Shown here one piece after another: positions 37,974 through 48,867 of a DNA stretch of 64,000 nt. How positions within the stretch are numbered: position 1 is the stretch's first letter; each line of letters begins with the position of its first letter. The stretch is from Bacillota bacterium (GTDB taxonomy: Bacteria; Bacillota; Sulfobacillia; UBA8153). The stretch spans positions 72,634-136,633 of the forward strand of contig JBFLYN010000002.1 in NCBI GenBank assembly GCA_040756655.1, in the 5' to 3' direction. A model generated the notes under the pieces. It saw nothing but the letters and a program-made list of their open reading frames with translations. It did no database searches and was not told where the DNA came from. A program made the translations under genes and the position numbers.

Positions 37974-39737
37974 ATGCCACTGGATCCAACAAAACACCCT
38001 GACTGGCAAATCGCCGAGGCGGCCGAGCCCAACATGAAGACGGTCTACCAGCTGGCCGAACAACTGGGACTGGAAAACCGCGAACTCCTACCTCACGGTC
38101 ACTACATCGCTAAGGTGGATTTCAAGGCCGTCCTGGAACGGCTGGCCGACCGGCCCGACGGCAAGTACATCGATGTCACCGCCATCACTCCCACGCCGCT
38201 GGGCGAAGGGAAATCCACGTCCACCATGGGCCTTACCCAGGGTATGGGCAAACGCGGCAAGCGGGTCATCGCCACCATCAGACAGCCATCAGGCGGGCCC
38301 ACCATGAACGTAAAAGGATCGGCAGCCGGTGGCGGGCTTTCCCAGTGCATCCCCCTGACCCCGTTTTCCTTGGGGCTTACCGGCGATATCAATGCTATCA
38401 TGAATGCCCACAACCTGGCCATGGTAGCGTTGACCTCCCGGCTCCAGCACGAGGCCAACTATGGAGACAAGTTCCTCACCGAGCGGGGTCTTAAGCGACT
38501 CAACATCGACCCGCGCAACGTGGAGATGAAGTGGATCATCGACTTTTGCGCCCAAGCCCTGAGAAACATAGTCATCGGCATTGGTGGCAAGATGGATGGC
38601 TTCATGATGCAGTCGGGGTTTGCCATCGCCGTGTCCTCGGAGGTCATGGCCATCCTGTCTGTGGCCAAGGACCTGAAGGACTTCCGGGAGCGCATGGGCC
38701 GCATTGTAGTAGCCTACGATAAGAAAGGTTCCCCCATCACCACCAGCGACCTGGAAGTGGATGGGGCCATGACTGCCTGGATGGTTGAGGCACTCAACCC
38801 CAACCTCTTGCAGACCATCGAAGGCCAGCCCGTTTTCGTGCATGCGGGCCCGTTTGCCAACATTGCCATTGGGCAGTCCTCCATCATCGCCGACCGGGTG
38901 GCGCTCAAGCTGGGCGACTACGTGATTACCGAGTCTGGCTTTGCCGCAGATATCGGGTTTGAGAAGTTTTGGAACCTCAAGTGCCGCATGTCGGGTCTAA
39001 AGCCCCATGCTGCAGTGCTGGTGGCCACGGTCCGGGCCCTAAAGGCCCACGGCGGCGCCCCGCTCCCGGTGCCCGGCAAGCCGCTGGACCGCGCCTACTC
39101 GGAAGAGCATGTGGAATGGGTGGAGAAGGGCTGCGAGAACCTGGTTCACTGTATCAACATCATCAAGCAGTCTGGTGTCAACCCGGTGGTATGCATCAAC
39201 CACTTTTACACTGACAGCGACAATGAGATCCAGGCCGTGCGCCGCGCTGCAGAGGCGGCGGGAGCCCGGGTGGCCCTTTCCAAGCACTGGCTGCAGGGCG
39301 GGGATGGGGCCCTGGAACTGGCCGACGCTGTGGTCGACGCAGCCAACGAACCCAATGACTTCAAGTTCCTCTACGGGTTGGAGACCCCGCTCCGTGACCG
39401 GATCAACCTCATCGCATCGAAGGTGTATGGAGCCGACGGTGTAGAGTATTCGCCCGAGGCGCTGGAGAAGGCCAAGCGCATGGAGAAGGATCCCGAGATC
39501 CAGAAGCTGGGCACCTGCATGGTCAAGACCCACCTTAGCCTGTCGGACAACCCGGCCCTCAAGGGCGTGCCCAAGGGCTGGAAGCTCTTCGTCCGCGATA
39601 TTCTCACCTACAAGGGCGCGGGCTTCATAGTGCCCGTGGCCGGTACTATCAGCCTCATGCCGGGCACGTCTTCCGATCCCGCCTATCGTCGCATCGACGT
39701 AGACGTAGATACCGGGAAGGTAAAAGGCTTGTTCTAA
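37974..39737 (+). CDS. fhs: Formate--tetrahydrofolate ligase
   Basis: The FTHFS family signatures ([28 protein letters not shown]) are present. The start is [18 protein letters not shown], preceded by AAGGAGG. The ORF's upstream extension is unlikely. Confidence 0.9.
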   Translation: MPLDPTKHPDWQIAEAAEPNMKTVYQLAEQLGLENRELLPHGHYIAKVDFKAVLERLADRPDGKYIDVTAITPTPLGEGKSTSTMGLTQGMGKRGKRVIATIRQPSGGPTMNVKGSAAGGGLSQCIPLTPFSLGLTGDINAIMNAHNLAMVALTSRLQHEANYGDKFLTERGLKRLNIDPRNVEMKWIIDFCAQALRNIVIGIGGKMDGFMMQSGFAIAVSSEVMAILSVAKDLKDFRERMGRIVVAYDKKGSPITTSDLEVDGAMTAWMVEALNPNLLQTIEGQPVFVHAGPFANIAIGQSSIIADRVALKLGDYVITESGFAADIGFEKFWNLKCRMSGLKPHAAVLVATVRALKAHGGAPLPVPGKPLDRAYSEEHVEWVEKGCENLVHCINIIKQSGVNPVVCINHFYTDSDNEIQAVRRAAEAAGARVALSKHWLQGGDGALELADAVVDAANEPNDFKFLYGLETPLRDRINLIASKVYGADGVEYSPEALEKAKRMEKDPEIQKLGTCMVKTHLSLSDNPALKGVPKGWKLFVRDILTYKGAGFIVPVAGTISLMPGTSSDPAYRRIDVDVDTGKVKGLF

Positions 39738-39758
39738 GGGCCGTAGCAACCCAGATGC

Positions 39759-39790
39759 AAAAAGGAGGGGCCACATGGCCCCTCCTTTTT
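39759..39790 (+). terminator. Rho-independent terminator after fhs
   Basis: AAAAAGGAGGGGCC acat GGCCCCTCCTTTTT: a perfect 14-bp stem flanked by A and T tracts, so it can act in both directions. Confidence 0.8.
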
Positions 39791-39905
39791 ACTATCCCGA
39801 AGTTCCGGGCCAGAAAAACCCACTTTCAGGCATTAGCCGTGATAGAGGGGGATAACGCCACGGTAGGCACTGGGAAATGTACCCATGTATATTAAGTGCT
39901 AGGAC

Positions 39906-39934
39906 TTGCCTGTGCTGCCATATCATGGTATAAT
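39906..39934 (+). promoter_or_regulatory. Near-consensus sigma-A promoter with extended -10 (TTGCCT, 17 nt, TGgTATAAT) firing into a transposase fragment
   Basis: TTGCCTgtgctgccatatcaTGgTATAAT. Confidence 0.45.
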
Positions 39935-39945
39935 GAGGCCATGTA

Positions 39946-40353
39946 TAAGTACCTCGCCCCCCGTGGACCTCAAAGATGCGGCCCAGCTACCATCGCTTGG
40001 AGCACCGGGTGCGCGCGCACGTTCTCCTGTGTATGCTGGCCTACTATATGGAATGGCATCTACGCCAGGCGCTGGCCCACACCGCCTCACCGGTGGCTCC
40101 GGCCCGCCGTTCCGCCCGGGCGGGAGCCAAAGCGCGCCATCAGCGGCTGGAGGACGGGACGCCCGTGCACAGTTTCCAGACGCTGTTGAAGGACCTGGCT
40201 ACGCTGGCCCGCCATCGCGTGCAACCCCAACTGCCTGGGGTGCCCGCCTTTGACATGCTCACCCGGCCTACTCCTCAACAGGACGGGCCTTGGCAGTACT
40301 TGGTGTCAAGCTGGACAGCAGGGTTGTACCCAGTACCAAATAAGTCCGGTTGA
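39946..40353 (+). mobile_element. IS1634/IS4-family DDE transposase C-terminal fragment
   Basis: ...YHRLEHRVRAHVLLCMLAYYMEWHLRQAL matches the conserved C-terminal block of IS1634-type transposases (ERVRAHLLICFLAL). No N-terminal or DDE core is present. Confidence 0.5.
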
Positions 40354-40602
40354 CCATAAGACCAGTTGAAGACCTGTATCTAACTCTGAGTCAAACAGAA
40401 CTTCGGGCTAAAGGCGGCCCCGTCGAGGTAGCAGCAACCACACTGCAAAGGGTGAAGGAGGCACATGATGTCCAGACGGCTACTGGCTGTGGGGCAAAGC
40501 CCTCTGAGCAGTCCTTCAAGGGAGACCTGGATTACCTGGTGTGAATTCTCAAGAGCGTCCACGTTTCCACTCTAGACGGCATCTCCCCCCCAGCAGCAGG
40601 CA

Positions 40603-41660
40603 GTGATAGACCAAGTCTATGCCCGCCTAGAGGAATCCTCGCCGTCCCGGGGCGAGTTCTACTTTCTGGCCAGCGAGATCTTGGCGCTGATGGGAGACGC
40701 GCACATCCACATCCGTATGGACCAGCACGACCGGGTCTTAGACCTCCCGGTGGTGTGGCTAGCGGGCGGACTGTTTGTCTGTGCACCACGACCCGAGTTA
40801 AAGCCGGGCGACTGTGTCATCACCATCGGAGACATGGATGTAGCACAGCTACTGGCGCAGCTTGCCCGGTGCGTGCCGGCGAAAAACCACTACTGGGTGA
40901 GAGTTCAGGGGGAAAACCTCCTCATCCGCCAGGCCTTCTTGGAACACCTGGGGGTGCTGGAGAGGGACGGGTGCGTCCAGGTGGTAGTAGAGAGAGACGG
41001 CAAAAGGCTCACCCTCTACCGCCCGTTCCTGGAGGCCATGCCCTGGATCCCCCGGGAGTGGCAACGTCACCACTGGGTTGGGTGGCGCATTGATGAAGAA
41101 CATTCCCTCGGCATCTTCCACCTGGACCGGTGCGAACCCAAGCCGAGTACGAACAGGCTTTGCGGCGGTTTTTCCAGGAAGTGGCCCGCGCGGGCATCAA
41201 GAACGTCGTGGTGGATCTACGGTACAACACGGGTGGTAACTCCCGGGTGGCCGACCTGTTCATGCAATACCTGCCCGTTGACTCGTACCTCAGTTTTGGC
41301 AGCACCATCCGGTACAGCCCGGAAGCGCGTACTCAGCGCAAGTACCTGCAGGCCAGAGGTCATGTCACCCACCCGCCGGGGCGCAGGTCCAACCAGGTGC
41401 TCAAGGACCTGGTCTTTGCGGGTAACCTCTATGTGCTCACATCACCGCAGACCTTCAGCAGCGGCAAGTGGTTTGCCGTGCTCCTAAAGGACAACGGCCT
41501 GGCTACCCTGGTCGGGGAGCCCACAGGCAACGCCCCATCGGCTTCTGGGGACATCCTGAGCTTTAACCTTCCCCACAGCGGCTGCGCCTTCATAGTCTCT
41601 CACAAGCAGTTTGTGCGCCCTTCAGGTGACACCACGGAAAGATGTGTCTCCCCGATGTAG
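40603..41660 (+). pseudogene. S41-family C-terminal processing peptidase-like gene, frameshifted near 41130 and probably 5'-truncated
   Basis: The C-terminal ORF has VVDLRYNTGGNSRVADLF and LTSPQTFSSGKWFAVLLKDNGLATLVGEPTGN (S41 catalytic region). The upstream ORF 40603..41487 is in a different frame, with a junction at ...FHLDRCEP / RTQAEYEQALRRFF. Confidence 0.5.
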
Positions 41661-41853
41661 AGGTAGTCACTACCATCGAAGACATCCTCAACGGTCGCGA
41701 CCCCCAACTGGACAAAGTGAAGGAGATCATCAGAAGCAACAGAGGACTCTGACCCGCCGGAGCAACGGAGGAGGCTCCGGGGCATCAGGGCCGGTGTGGA
41801 GCACAAGCCGTGCGGCAGCCGGCCAGTAAGCCGGCTGCCGCGTAACCTGAGGT

Positions 41854-43359
41854 CTAGCGCAAGGGGATCTCCCAGTTACCATACACCAGGAGCTGGAGCC
41901 CGGTAGCGCGTAGCGCTGTGATGGTCATCCCCGGGGGGAGCTCGAATCGCTCGCCTGCTGTAACCCGGCCATCATGATGGGACCCGGTAGTGTGGTGTGA
42001 ACTGGCGGGCAAAAGGCCGCCGCGGGCATCCACCAGCTGCCAGTCCAAAAGACCCCATCCCGGCGAGCCCTCGGACCAGCTATAGCTCAGGTGCAGGTAA
42101 CCATCGCGGCACACAACTTCCTCGACGAGGAACTCTACCCCCTCCACGCTGCTGGTGAACGGTCCATTCCCCACTGCCAGTTCCAACTCTACCGGTACGT
42201 TAAGGGCCAGCACCGGCATGACCAGGGTAACCTGGCCGTCGGGTGGGCGAGGGAAGGCCAGCACCATATCCCAGCTGCCGTCCTGCCTCCCCCGACCCCG
42301 GGCGTGCTGGGGATTCAGCCGGCTCCCATCCGGGAGGAGCAGGTAGGGAACGTGGTGTTCGAGCTTGATGCCGCTGGGCGACAAGCCGCCGCTGATCATG
42401 TAGTTGACCATCAACTGGGCCGGGGTATCGGTGACCAGCACCTCATGGACCAGAACGCCCTCCATCTCGTGGCGGTATTCGATGCCATACTGCCGGCTCA
42501 TGGCACTGAGCTCAGCCCTCGAAAGTTCCAGCTTCACTTCCAACGTGGCGGCGGGACCGCGCAGCTCGCGGGTGACTTCGGCCTCTGCACTGGGAAGGGC
42601 TTCGGCGTGGACCATGCCTACCAGGCCCAACGGGGTGACCAGTGGCTGCCCCTTCCAGAATGGTACGCGTTCACCGTTCACACCGGTGATGACCAAAGGC
42701 GGGATCCAGCCTGCGAAGCCCTCCGCCGGCACCACTCCCGAGACAGCCCAGGGGTCGGGTGGGAGCCCGTCGATGAGGTACAGGATGGTGGTCTGCAGTG
42801 GGTCGGCCACTGCGCCCAGGATCTTGAGGCGCACCTTGCCGGCGCGCACGTCCGCCATGGGTTTTTGGATATACCCGTGTTCGTAAGCCCAGCTCAAACC
42901 AGCGTCGGTAAACACCAGTCGCTGCACGAACTCGCCCACCAGCGGCAACTCCGCCGAGGCCTTGACCAGGGCTGACCAGTTGGCCATGGCCACCACCATG
43001 AGCACCAGCCCGGCGGCTAGTGCCCGCATCCCGGGGAAGCGGCGGCGCGCCCGGGAGAGGGGGAGCCTGCACGGCTCACCGAACAGGTCCGCCACCCAAA
43101 GGCGTTCACGTTCGGCCTGCTCCGGGGTTAACCGGTGCCGGTGCTCGGCCAGCCAGCTGGCCACATCATGCTGGCGGCCCGTATGCGGCGCGTGGAGCAG
43201 TCCTTCCCGCAGGCGCTTCTCCAGGACCTCCAGCTCAACCCGGGCCCGGGCGCAACCAGCGCAAACCTGGAGATGCTCCTCCATGGTCCGGGTCGTTGGG
43301 CCATCGAGCTCTCTTCCCAGCAGGGCGGGGAGTTCGGACCTGACTACTTCGCATAGCAC
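41854..43359 (-). CDS. Anti-sigma factor (zinc-finger ZAS type, HxxxCxxC) with TM segment and a large extracytoplasmic domain
   Basis: EEHLQVCAGCARA (zf-HC2) lies near the N-terminus, followed by a predicted TM (LAAGLVLMVVAMANWSALV). The gene overlaps the ECF sigma gene stop. Confidence 0.65.
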   Translation of the reverse strand: MLCEVVRSELPALLGRELDGPTTRTMEEHLQVCAGCARARVELEVLEKRLREGLLHAPHTGRQHDVASWLAEHRHRLTPEQAERERLWVADLFGEPCRLPLSRARRRFPGMRALAAGLVLMVVAMANWSALVKASAELPLVGEFVQRLVFTDAGLSWAYEHGYIQKPMADVRAGKVRLKILGAVADPLQTTILYLIDGLPPDPWAVSGVVPAEGFAGWIPPLVITGVNGERVPFWKGQPLVTPLGLVGMVHAEALPSAEAEVTRELRGPAATLEVKLELSRAELSAMSRQYGIEYRHEMEGVLVHEVLVTDTPAQLMVNYMISGGLSPSGIKLEHHVPYLLLPDGSRLNPQHARGRGRQDGSWDMVLAFPRPPDGQVTLVMPVLALNVPVELELAVGNGPFTSSVEGVEFLVEEVVCRDGYLHLSYSWSEGSPGWGLLDWQLVDARGGLLPASSHHTTGSHHDGRVTAGERFELPPGMTITALRATGLQLLVYGNWEIPLR

Positions 43360-43829
43360 TTTGCAGGCACCTCCTCGAGCATGGTTCGCAACTGTTTCAG
43401 CGCCCGGTTCAGCCGGGATTTGACTGTGCCCACGGGTATGCCCAGCACGTAGGCGATGTCCCGTTGTGGCAGGTCTGCCAGGTACGGGAGCACAACCACC
43501 TGTGCGACCTCAGGACTGAGCTGGTCCACCAGCATCCAGATGAGACCGCTCTCAGCCGTGGCTTCCTGCTTTCTCTGGCAGGCGGCGTCCAGGGGGATCA
43601 CCTGGCGGCGCCGCCGCAACGTCTCACCGCACTTGTGGATCAGGATCGTCCTAAACCATGGCGCGAACCTCTCCGGTGAACGCAGCTGGCCGCGGGCCAC
43701 GTAGGCAGCCAAAGCCGCTTCTTGCAGGGCATCCTGCCCATCTGCATCGTTGCCCGTGATGGCCCGGGCCAGCGCGGTCATGGTCCTCTGCACCCTGGCC
43801 AGATGAGCAATGAATTCCTGATCGGTCAT
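43344..43829 (-). CDS. ECF (sigma-70 family) RNA polymerase sigma factor
   Basis: Region 2 (DALQEAALAAYV...FAPWFRTILIHK) and region 4 (DIAYVLGIPVGTVKSRLNRALKQLR) are both present. Confidence 0.85.
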   Translation of the reverse strand: MTDQEFIAHLARVQRTMTALARAITGNDADGQDALQEAALAAYVARGQLRSPERFAPWFRTILIHKCGETLRRRRQVIPLDAACQRKQEATAESGLIWMLVDQLSPEVAQVVVLPYLADLPQRDIAYVLGIPVGTVKSRLNRALKQLRTMLEEVPAKCYAK

Positions 43830-44065
43830 GGTTCCTCCAATCGCTCTGTTCACCATACAAGAGGGCCCGGGAGGGACATTTCGTTCGCCAGGGCGCAAAC
43901 TTCCTCTTTGCCGGGGCTTGGGCCAGTGGCCGACCAGTGCACCTGTCGCGGCCGGGCACGGGCCCAGCTACGACTCCCATGGGAATACGAGGACATACAT
44001 GAACTACCGCGGCTGGCGGGATCCCGGCAGTTCGGGTCAAAGGAGAATGGCGCCGTGCCGGCCAA

Positions 44066-44851
44066 TTGATATGCGGAGAGGACCGTGCCGACCCGCGGGA
44101 TCATCAGCACCATAGGAGGCGGGCTCTTCTGGACATAGTAGTTACTGTAGAAGGTCTGGGCAAGTCCTTTGGGAAGGTCCGGGTGCTCAGCGAGCTGTCG
44201 CTGCAGATATCCCGCTCCGAGTTGTTTGGCCTGGTGGGTCCTTCGGGAGCAGGCAAGACCACCCTGGCAAGGATCATGGCCGGGATGACCGGGGCTACCA
44301 CTGGGAGAGTGCTCGTGCTGGGGCAGGAAATGCCCTCGTTAGAGGCGATCAACCGCATAGGCTTCATGTCTCAGGCCGACGCCCTCTACGGAGACTTGAC
44401 AGCATGGGATAACCTCCAGTTCTTTGCGTCCCTGTACGGGCTTTCAGGCCGGGCCAAGACCCAGAGGATCACGGAGCTGCTGGACCTGGTTACCCTCTCT
44501 TCCGATGCGAAAAAGCGAGTAGCCGCCTTTTCCGGGGGGATGAAGAGGCGACTGTCACTGGCCGTTGCGTTGCTTCACCGGCCTGAAGTCCTGATCCTTG
44601 ACGAACCCACCATCGGGCTAGATCCACTCTTGCGAAAGTCAGTGTGGGATGAGCTAAGGTCACTTCAAGGAACAGGCACGACCGTGGTTCTAACCACCCA
44701 TTCCATGGACGAGGCAGATAAGTGCCAGCGCCTAGGCATGATCCGCCATGGTCGCCTGCTGGCGGTTGGTTCGCCTGCAGAACTCAAGGCCCAAGCCGGC
44801 ACTGCCACTCTGGAGGAAGCCTTTGTGGTGCTGGGAGGTAAATCCTCATGA
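44066..44851 (+). CDS. ABC transporter ATP-binding protein (ABC-2 exporter type)
   Basis: Walker A GPSGAGKTT, signature FSGGMKRRL, Walker B LILDEPTIGLD. The true start is probably near 44129 (AGGAGG at 44114 followed by CTG or ATA). No ATG or GTG is suitably placed. Confidence 0.8.
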   Translation: MICGEDRADPRDHQHHRRRALLDIVVTVEGLGKSFGKVRVLSELSLQISRSELFGLVGPSGAGKTTLARIMAGMTGATTGRVLVLGQEMPSLEAINRIGFMSQADALYGDLTAWDNLQFFASLYGLSGRAKTQRITELLDLVTLSSDAKKRVAAFSGGMKRRLSLAVALLHRPEVLILDEPTIGLDPLLRKSVWDELRSLQGTGTTVVLTTHSMDEADKCQRLGMIRHGRLLAVGSPAELKAQAGTATLEEAFVVLGGKSS

Positions 44852-45870
44852 GAATCTGGGCCGTGGCCACCCGCATCATCAAGCAGTTTTGGTATGATAA
44901 GCGAACCTTGGGGCTCATAATACTGGCGCCCATGCTGGTGCTGCTCCTTTGTAGCCGCATCCTCCTGGAGGAACCCTACTCTCCCAGGATCGCCATTGTT
45001 GCTTTGCCGCCCCAGGTCAGTGAGCTCCTGGCCGGGCGCGGAGTCATACTGGAAGTCTATGTACACAAAGATGCAGCCATCCAGGCCGTCCACCGCGAGC
45101 AGGTCGATGCTTTTTTGGAGATTGACGGGACCCAACCCGTCCTGGTGCTGGAGGGAAGCAACCCAACTGCCAGCCGGGCCGTTCTCCAGCACATCCACAC
45201 GGCCTTCCGGGCGGGAACCGATACCCCGGTCAGCGCCCAGGTCAGCTATTTGTACGGCGGGGAGAACATGGTGCTGTTCGACCAGGTAGGGCCGGTTCTC
45301 ATTGGTTTTTTGGTGTTCTTTTTCGTGTTTATCACCTCGGGCGTTTCCTTTCTCCGGGAACGTACCAACGGTACCCTTGAGCGCTTGCTGGCAACGCCCA
45401 TCAAGCGCTGGGAGCTGGTGTTAGGCTATGGATTGGGTTTTGGAGTATTCACTTCACTGCAGGCCGTTACCATCTCCTGGTTTGCCGTCAAGGTCCTCAA
45501 CATCCTGTTTGTGGGGCGGATGACCAGTTTGATTCTTGTAACAATGCTGTTGGCCATATCCGCCCTCACCTTGGGTATTCTCCTGTCGGCTTTTGCACAG
45601 AACGAATTCCAAATTGTCCAGTTCATCCCCGTGGTGATCATCCCCCAATTCCTATTCTCTGGGCTGTTCAGGCTCGAGGACCTGCCGGGTGGGCTACGCC
45701 TTTTGGGTAGCATCATGCCCATCAAGTACGGCGCCAACGCCCTGAGGCAGATCATGCTGCGGGGTAAATCCTGGCCGGAGATCGCCTACGATGCATCAGC
45801 CCTTATAGCCTTCTCTCTCCTATTCGGCATACTGAACGTGCTGGCTTTGAAAAAGCATCGCCCGGTTTGA
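44848..45870 (+). CDS. ABC-2 family transporter permease
   Basis: 340 aa, 6 TM, ABC-2 type. It overlaps the ATPase stop by 4 nt. Confidence 0.8.
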   Translation: MRIWAVATRIIKQFWYDKRTLGLIILAPMLVLLLCSRILLEEPYSPRIAIVALPPQVSELLAGRGVILEVYVHKDAAIQAVHREQVDAFLEIDGTQPVLVLEGSNPTASRAVLQHIHTAFRAGTDTPVSAQVSYLYGGENMVLFDQVGPVLIGFLVFFFVFITSGVSFLRERTNGTLERLLATPIKRWELVLGYGLGFGVFTSLQAVTISWFAVKVLNILFVGRMTSLILVTMLLAISALTLGILLSAFAQNEFQIVQFIPVVIIPQFLFSGLFRLEDLPGGLRLLGSIMPIKYGANALRQIMLRGKSWPEIAYDASALIAFSLLFGILNVLALKKHRPV

Positions 45871-45936
45871 TATTCGACCGCCCACCTGCAGGCCACGCTG
45901 CCGTGAGAGAGTCCTCGCCACGTGCGATCTTGGCCG

Positions 45937-46725
45937 CTAGGCGAGATGGTCGTGTGCAGAAAGCGGGACCACGTGGGGACACGGGTATAAGGGGTGAGGC
46001 TGCACCAGGACCTGGATGCCGTAGACTTCCTGCAGAAGGCCGGGGCCCAGCACTTCGGCGGGAGTGCCACTGGCCCGCACCCGCCCGTCTTTGAGCATGA
46101 CCAGGTGGTGACAGAAGCGGGCCGCCAGGTTTAGGTCGTGCATAACCATGACCACGGTGAGGCCGGTGCTCGCGTTGAGACGAGCGATGAGGTCCATGAT
46201 TTCCACTTGGTAGCCAATGTCCAGGTAGGCTGTGGGTTCATCGAGCATGAGCAGCCTCGGTTCCTGGGCCAGGGCCCGGGCCAGTTGCACCCGCTGCCGT
46301 TCTCCCCCGCTCAAGGTGGTCACCAGGCGCCCGGCCAGCCGGTCCGTGCTGGTGACCTCCATGGCACGCCGGGCAGCCTCGAAGTCTGTTGCCTGCTCGC
46401 CCCGCATACCCTCTAGATGCGGGTACCTGCCCATCAGTACCAGTTCCTCAACGGTGAGTTCCACGTCCACCTGCCCGTTTTGGGATACTACGGCCATGGT
46501 ACGGGCCACCTCCCGGTGGGAGAGGGAATAGATGTCACGGCCGTCCACCAGTACCCGGCCGACCCGGGGACGGAGGACCCGGCTGGCGGCTCGCAGCACC
46601 GTGGTCTTGCCCGAGCCGTTGGGACCCGCGATACCCAGGATCGCCCCGGCAGGCACGTGGAACGAGACTTCGCGCACGGCCACGAAGTTACGGTAAGAGC
46701 AGGTGATCCTATCGACCGTTAGCAT
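45937..46725 (-). CDS. btuD: Cobalamin/iron-siderophore ABC transporter ATP-binding protein (BtuD/FepC-like)
   Basis: 262 aa. GPNGSGKTT, LSGGERQRV and LLMLDEPTAYLD motifs are present. Confidence 0.85.
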   Translation of the reverse strand: MLTVDRITCSYRNFVAVREVSFHVPAGAILGIAGPNGSGKTTVLRAASRVLRPRVGRVLVDGRDIYSLSHREVARTMAVVSQNGQVDVELTVEELVLMGRYPHLEGMRGEQATDFEAARRAMEVTSTDRLAGRLVTTLSGGERQRVQLARALAQEPRLLMLDEPTAYLDIGYQVEIMDLIARLNASTGLTVVMVMHDLNLAARFCHHLVMLKDGRVRASGTPAEVLGPGLLQEVYGIQVLVQPHPLYPCPHVVPLSAHDHLA

Positions 46726-46728
46726 GGT

Positions 46729-47826
46729 TCACCTCCTCGGCTTCTTTCGCCGCACCAGCAAAAACAGAAAGAACGGTCCTCCTACCAGCGCGGTCACTAC
46801 CCCCACCGGCAGTTCGGCCGGGACCATCACCGTGCGCGCGAGCAAGTCAGCCAACACCAATCCGCTGGCACCCGTCAGGGCCGCCCCGGGCAAGAGCCAG
46901 CGCTGGTCGGGGCCGAGTGTCAGCCGGACCATGTGGGGTATGACCAGCCCCACAAAGCCGATAAGCCCGGCCACGGATACCGCAGTGGCGGTGAGCAGGG
47001 CCGCTGCTGCCAGGAGTTCTCTCTTCACCCGCTCTACGTCAAGCCCGAGGTGGGTGGCAGCTTCCTCCCCGAGCAGCATCACGTTAAGCTCCCGGCTGCG
47101 CCTGAGCAGGACCAGGGCGCCCAAGATCATGTACGGCAACGACAAGCCCACACTGGACCAGCGGGCGGAGGTAAATCCCCCCATCAACCAGAAGATGACC
47201 TGTTCCATGCGCTGGCGGGACAGCACGATAAGGAGAGACACCAGGGCGGACAAGATGGTGCTCATGGCCACGCCGGCCAGGAGCAGGGTAACCACGGGAA
47301 GCTTGCCGTCGATGCGGGCTAGGGTGTAGACCAGCGCCAGCGCGACCACGGCCCCGCCGAAGGCGAAAGCCGGGATGGCATACTGGCCCAGGCCCCGGCC
47401 CCACCCCAGCACTATGGCCAGCACTGCGCCTAGCGCACCTCCTGAGGAGACCCCGATGACGAAGGGGTCGGCCATGGGGTTGCGGAAGACGCCCTGGTAG
47501 GTTGCCCCGGCCAGGGCCAGTGCCGCGCCCACCATGCCAGCCAACAACACCCGGGGCAGGCGGATGACCCAGACTATGGTCTCATGACTGGCAGTCCACG
47601 AGGAGGTGGGAGCGAAGGCAGGTACCAACCTGCCGGTGATGATGCCGATCACGTGGCCAGCAGGCACCGGCACCGCACCCATGCCCACGGCCACCACCAT
47701 CACCAGGACGGTAGCGGCCGCCATGAGCCAGACGGCGTGACGCCGGGCTTCCCACCTTCGCTCCAGGTCCATCCTGTCTCTCCTATCTGAACAACTGCGG
47801 GTGTAGGCCCCTGGCCACCAGTTCAA
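46729..47826 (-). CDS. btuC: FecCD-family ABC permease (BtuC-like)
   Basis: 365 aa. FecCD signature ...AGMVGAALALAGATYQGVFRNPMADPFVIGVSSGGALG. Confidence 0.85.
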   Translation of the reverse strand: MNWWPGAYTRSCSDRRDRMDLERRWEARRHAVWLMAAATVLVMVVAVGMGAVPVPAGHVIGIITGRLVPAFAPTSSWTASHETIVWVIRLPRVLLAGMVGAALALAGATYQGVFRNPMADPFVIGVSSGGALGAVLAIVLGWGRGLGQYAIPAFAFGGAVVALALVYTLARIDGKLPVVTLLLAGVAMSTILSALVSLLIVLSRQRMEQVIFWLMGGFTSARWSSVGLSLPYMILGALVLLRRSRELNVMLLGEEAATHLGLDVERVKRELLAAAALLTATAVSVAGLIGFVGLVIPHMVRLTLGPDQRWLLPGAALTGASGLVLADLLARTVMVPAELPVGVVTALVGGPFFLFLLVRRKKPRR

Positions 47827-48718
47827 GCCCGTCCACGATGCGCGGGCCGGGACGTGAGACCACGTCCGGGTCAGGGAACAATACCCGCTGGTTCTTCACG
47901 GCGGATAGCTGATCCCAGCCGGGTTTGGCCTGCAGCTTGGGGTATTCATCCTTGGGAACGGCGACGATGATCACGTCCGGGTCCTTGGCCAGCAGCGCTT
48001 CCATGCTGTACTGGAGGTAGGCGAACCCTTCGGAGGCCGCGACGTTCACGCCTCCCGCCACCGTGGTCAGGTGGTCCATGAAGGTCCCGGGGCCTACCGT
48101 CCAGAGATCGATATCGATGACCCAAAAGACCGACGGTCTGTCCTTTGCGTCCCGGGTCTTCTCCTTGATCGCATGGTACCTTCCCCTCAGGGTGTCCACC
48201 AGTTGCTCTGCAGCTTGGGTCGCGCCGGCAACCTTGCCCACCAGTACTATATCCTCGAAGACTTCCTCGATGGTAGCACTCTGGGTTACCACGGTGGTCA
48301 GGCCGAGTCTCCGGGACTCTACTACGATCTTGCTTTCTGCCGTCCCAACCGCCAGCACCAAGTCGGGTTTGAGCCCGGCGATGAGCTCGTAGTTTGGGCT
48401 CCACTCGTCTCCTACACTGGGGATGGCTGCTGCCTCAGGGGGGTGGTTACAAAAGCTCGTCCTCCCCACCACCTTGCTCCCCAGGTTGAGAGCAAACAGG
48501 ATCTCGGTCAGGTTGGGGGCCATGGAGATGATGCGCCCCGGCTGCGCCGCGATGGTCACCTGTTGCCCGCTCCGGTCGGTCACCGCAAGCGGCCACGGGC
48601 TGGGCGGGGGTGCCGGGGCGGGGGTGGGAGTGGCACTGGTCTGGGAGAACCAGTTACACCCCGAAAGCGACGCCACCAACATTACCACAAGGACAAGGCC
48701 GACAAACGTTTTGCGCAT
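47783..48718 (-). CDS. btuF: Periplasmic/lipoprotein cobalamin-binding protein (BtuF-like, cluster A SBP)
   Basis: Lipobox LSGC. The protein is BtuF-like (...KPDLVLA...). The start is the second Met of the ORF. Confidence 0.8.
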   Translation of the reverse strand: MRKTFVGLVLVVMLVASLSGCNWFSQTSATPTPAPAPPPSPWPLAVTDRSGQQVTIAAQPGRIISMAPNLTEILFALNLGSKVVGRTSFCNHPPEAAAIPSVGDEWSPNYELIAGLKPDLVLAVGTAESKIVVESRRLGLTTVVTQSATIEEVFEDIVLVGKVAGATQAAEQLVDTLRGRYHAIKEKTRDAKDRPSVFWVIDIDLWTVGPGTFMDHLTTVAGGVNVAASEGFAYLQYSMEALLAKDPDVIIVAVPKDEYPKLQAKPGWDQLSAVKNQRVLFPDPDVVSRPGPRIVDGLELVARGLHPQLFR

Positions 48719-48743
48719 ACGTACATCCTTCCTCACGAAAAGA

Positions 48744-48779
48744 GTGACCCCGGCCCTTGGGGTCCGGGGTTTGTGTTCG
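48744..48779 (-). terminator. Intrinsic terminator (expression platform) of the cobalamin riboswitch
   Basis: Minus-strand RNA AAACCCCGGACCCCAAGGGCCGGGGUCACUCUUUUCGUG lies immediately 5' of the btuF RBS (GAGGAAGGAUGUACGU-AUG). Confidence 0.7.
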
Positions 48780-48867
48780 GTTGTGCCGGGTGCCTCGCCC
48801 GGTCAGTCCATGCACCCCCCTTTCCTTCGAAGGCAAATGTGCACCGGCGCGGCCAACGCCGCGCGTT

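Noticed and set aside
40350-40544. 64-aa ORF between the transposase fragment and the S41 gene
   Set aside because: No RBS and no homology. It is probably intergenic debris from the insertion/deletion event.
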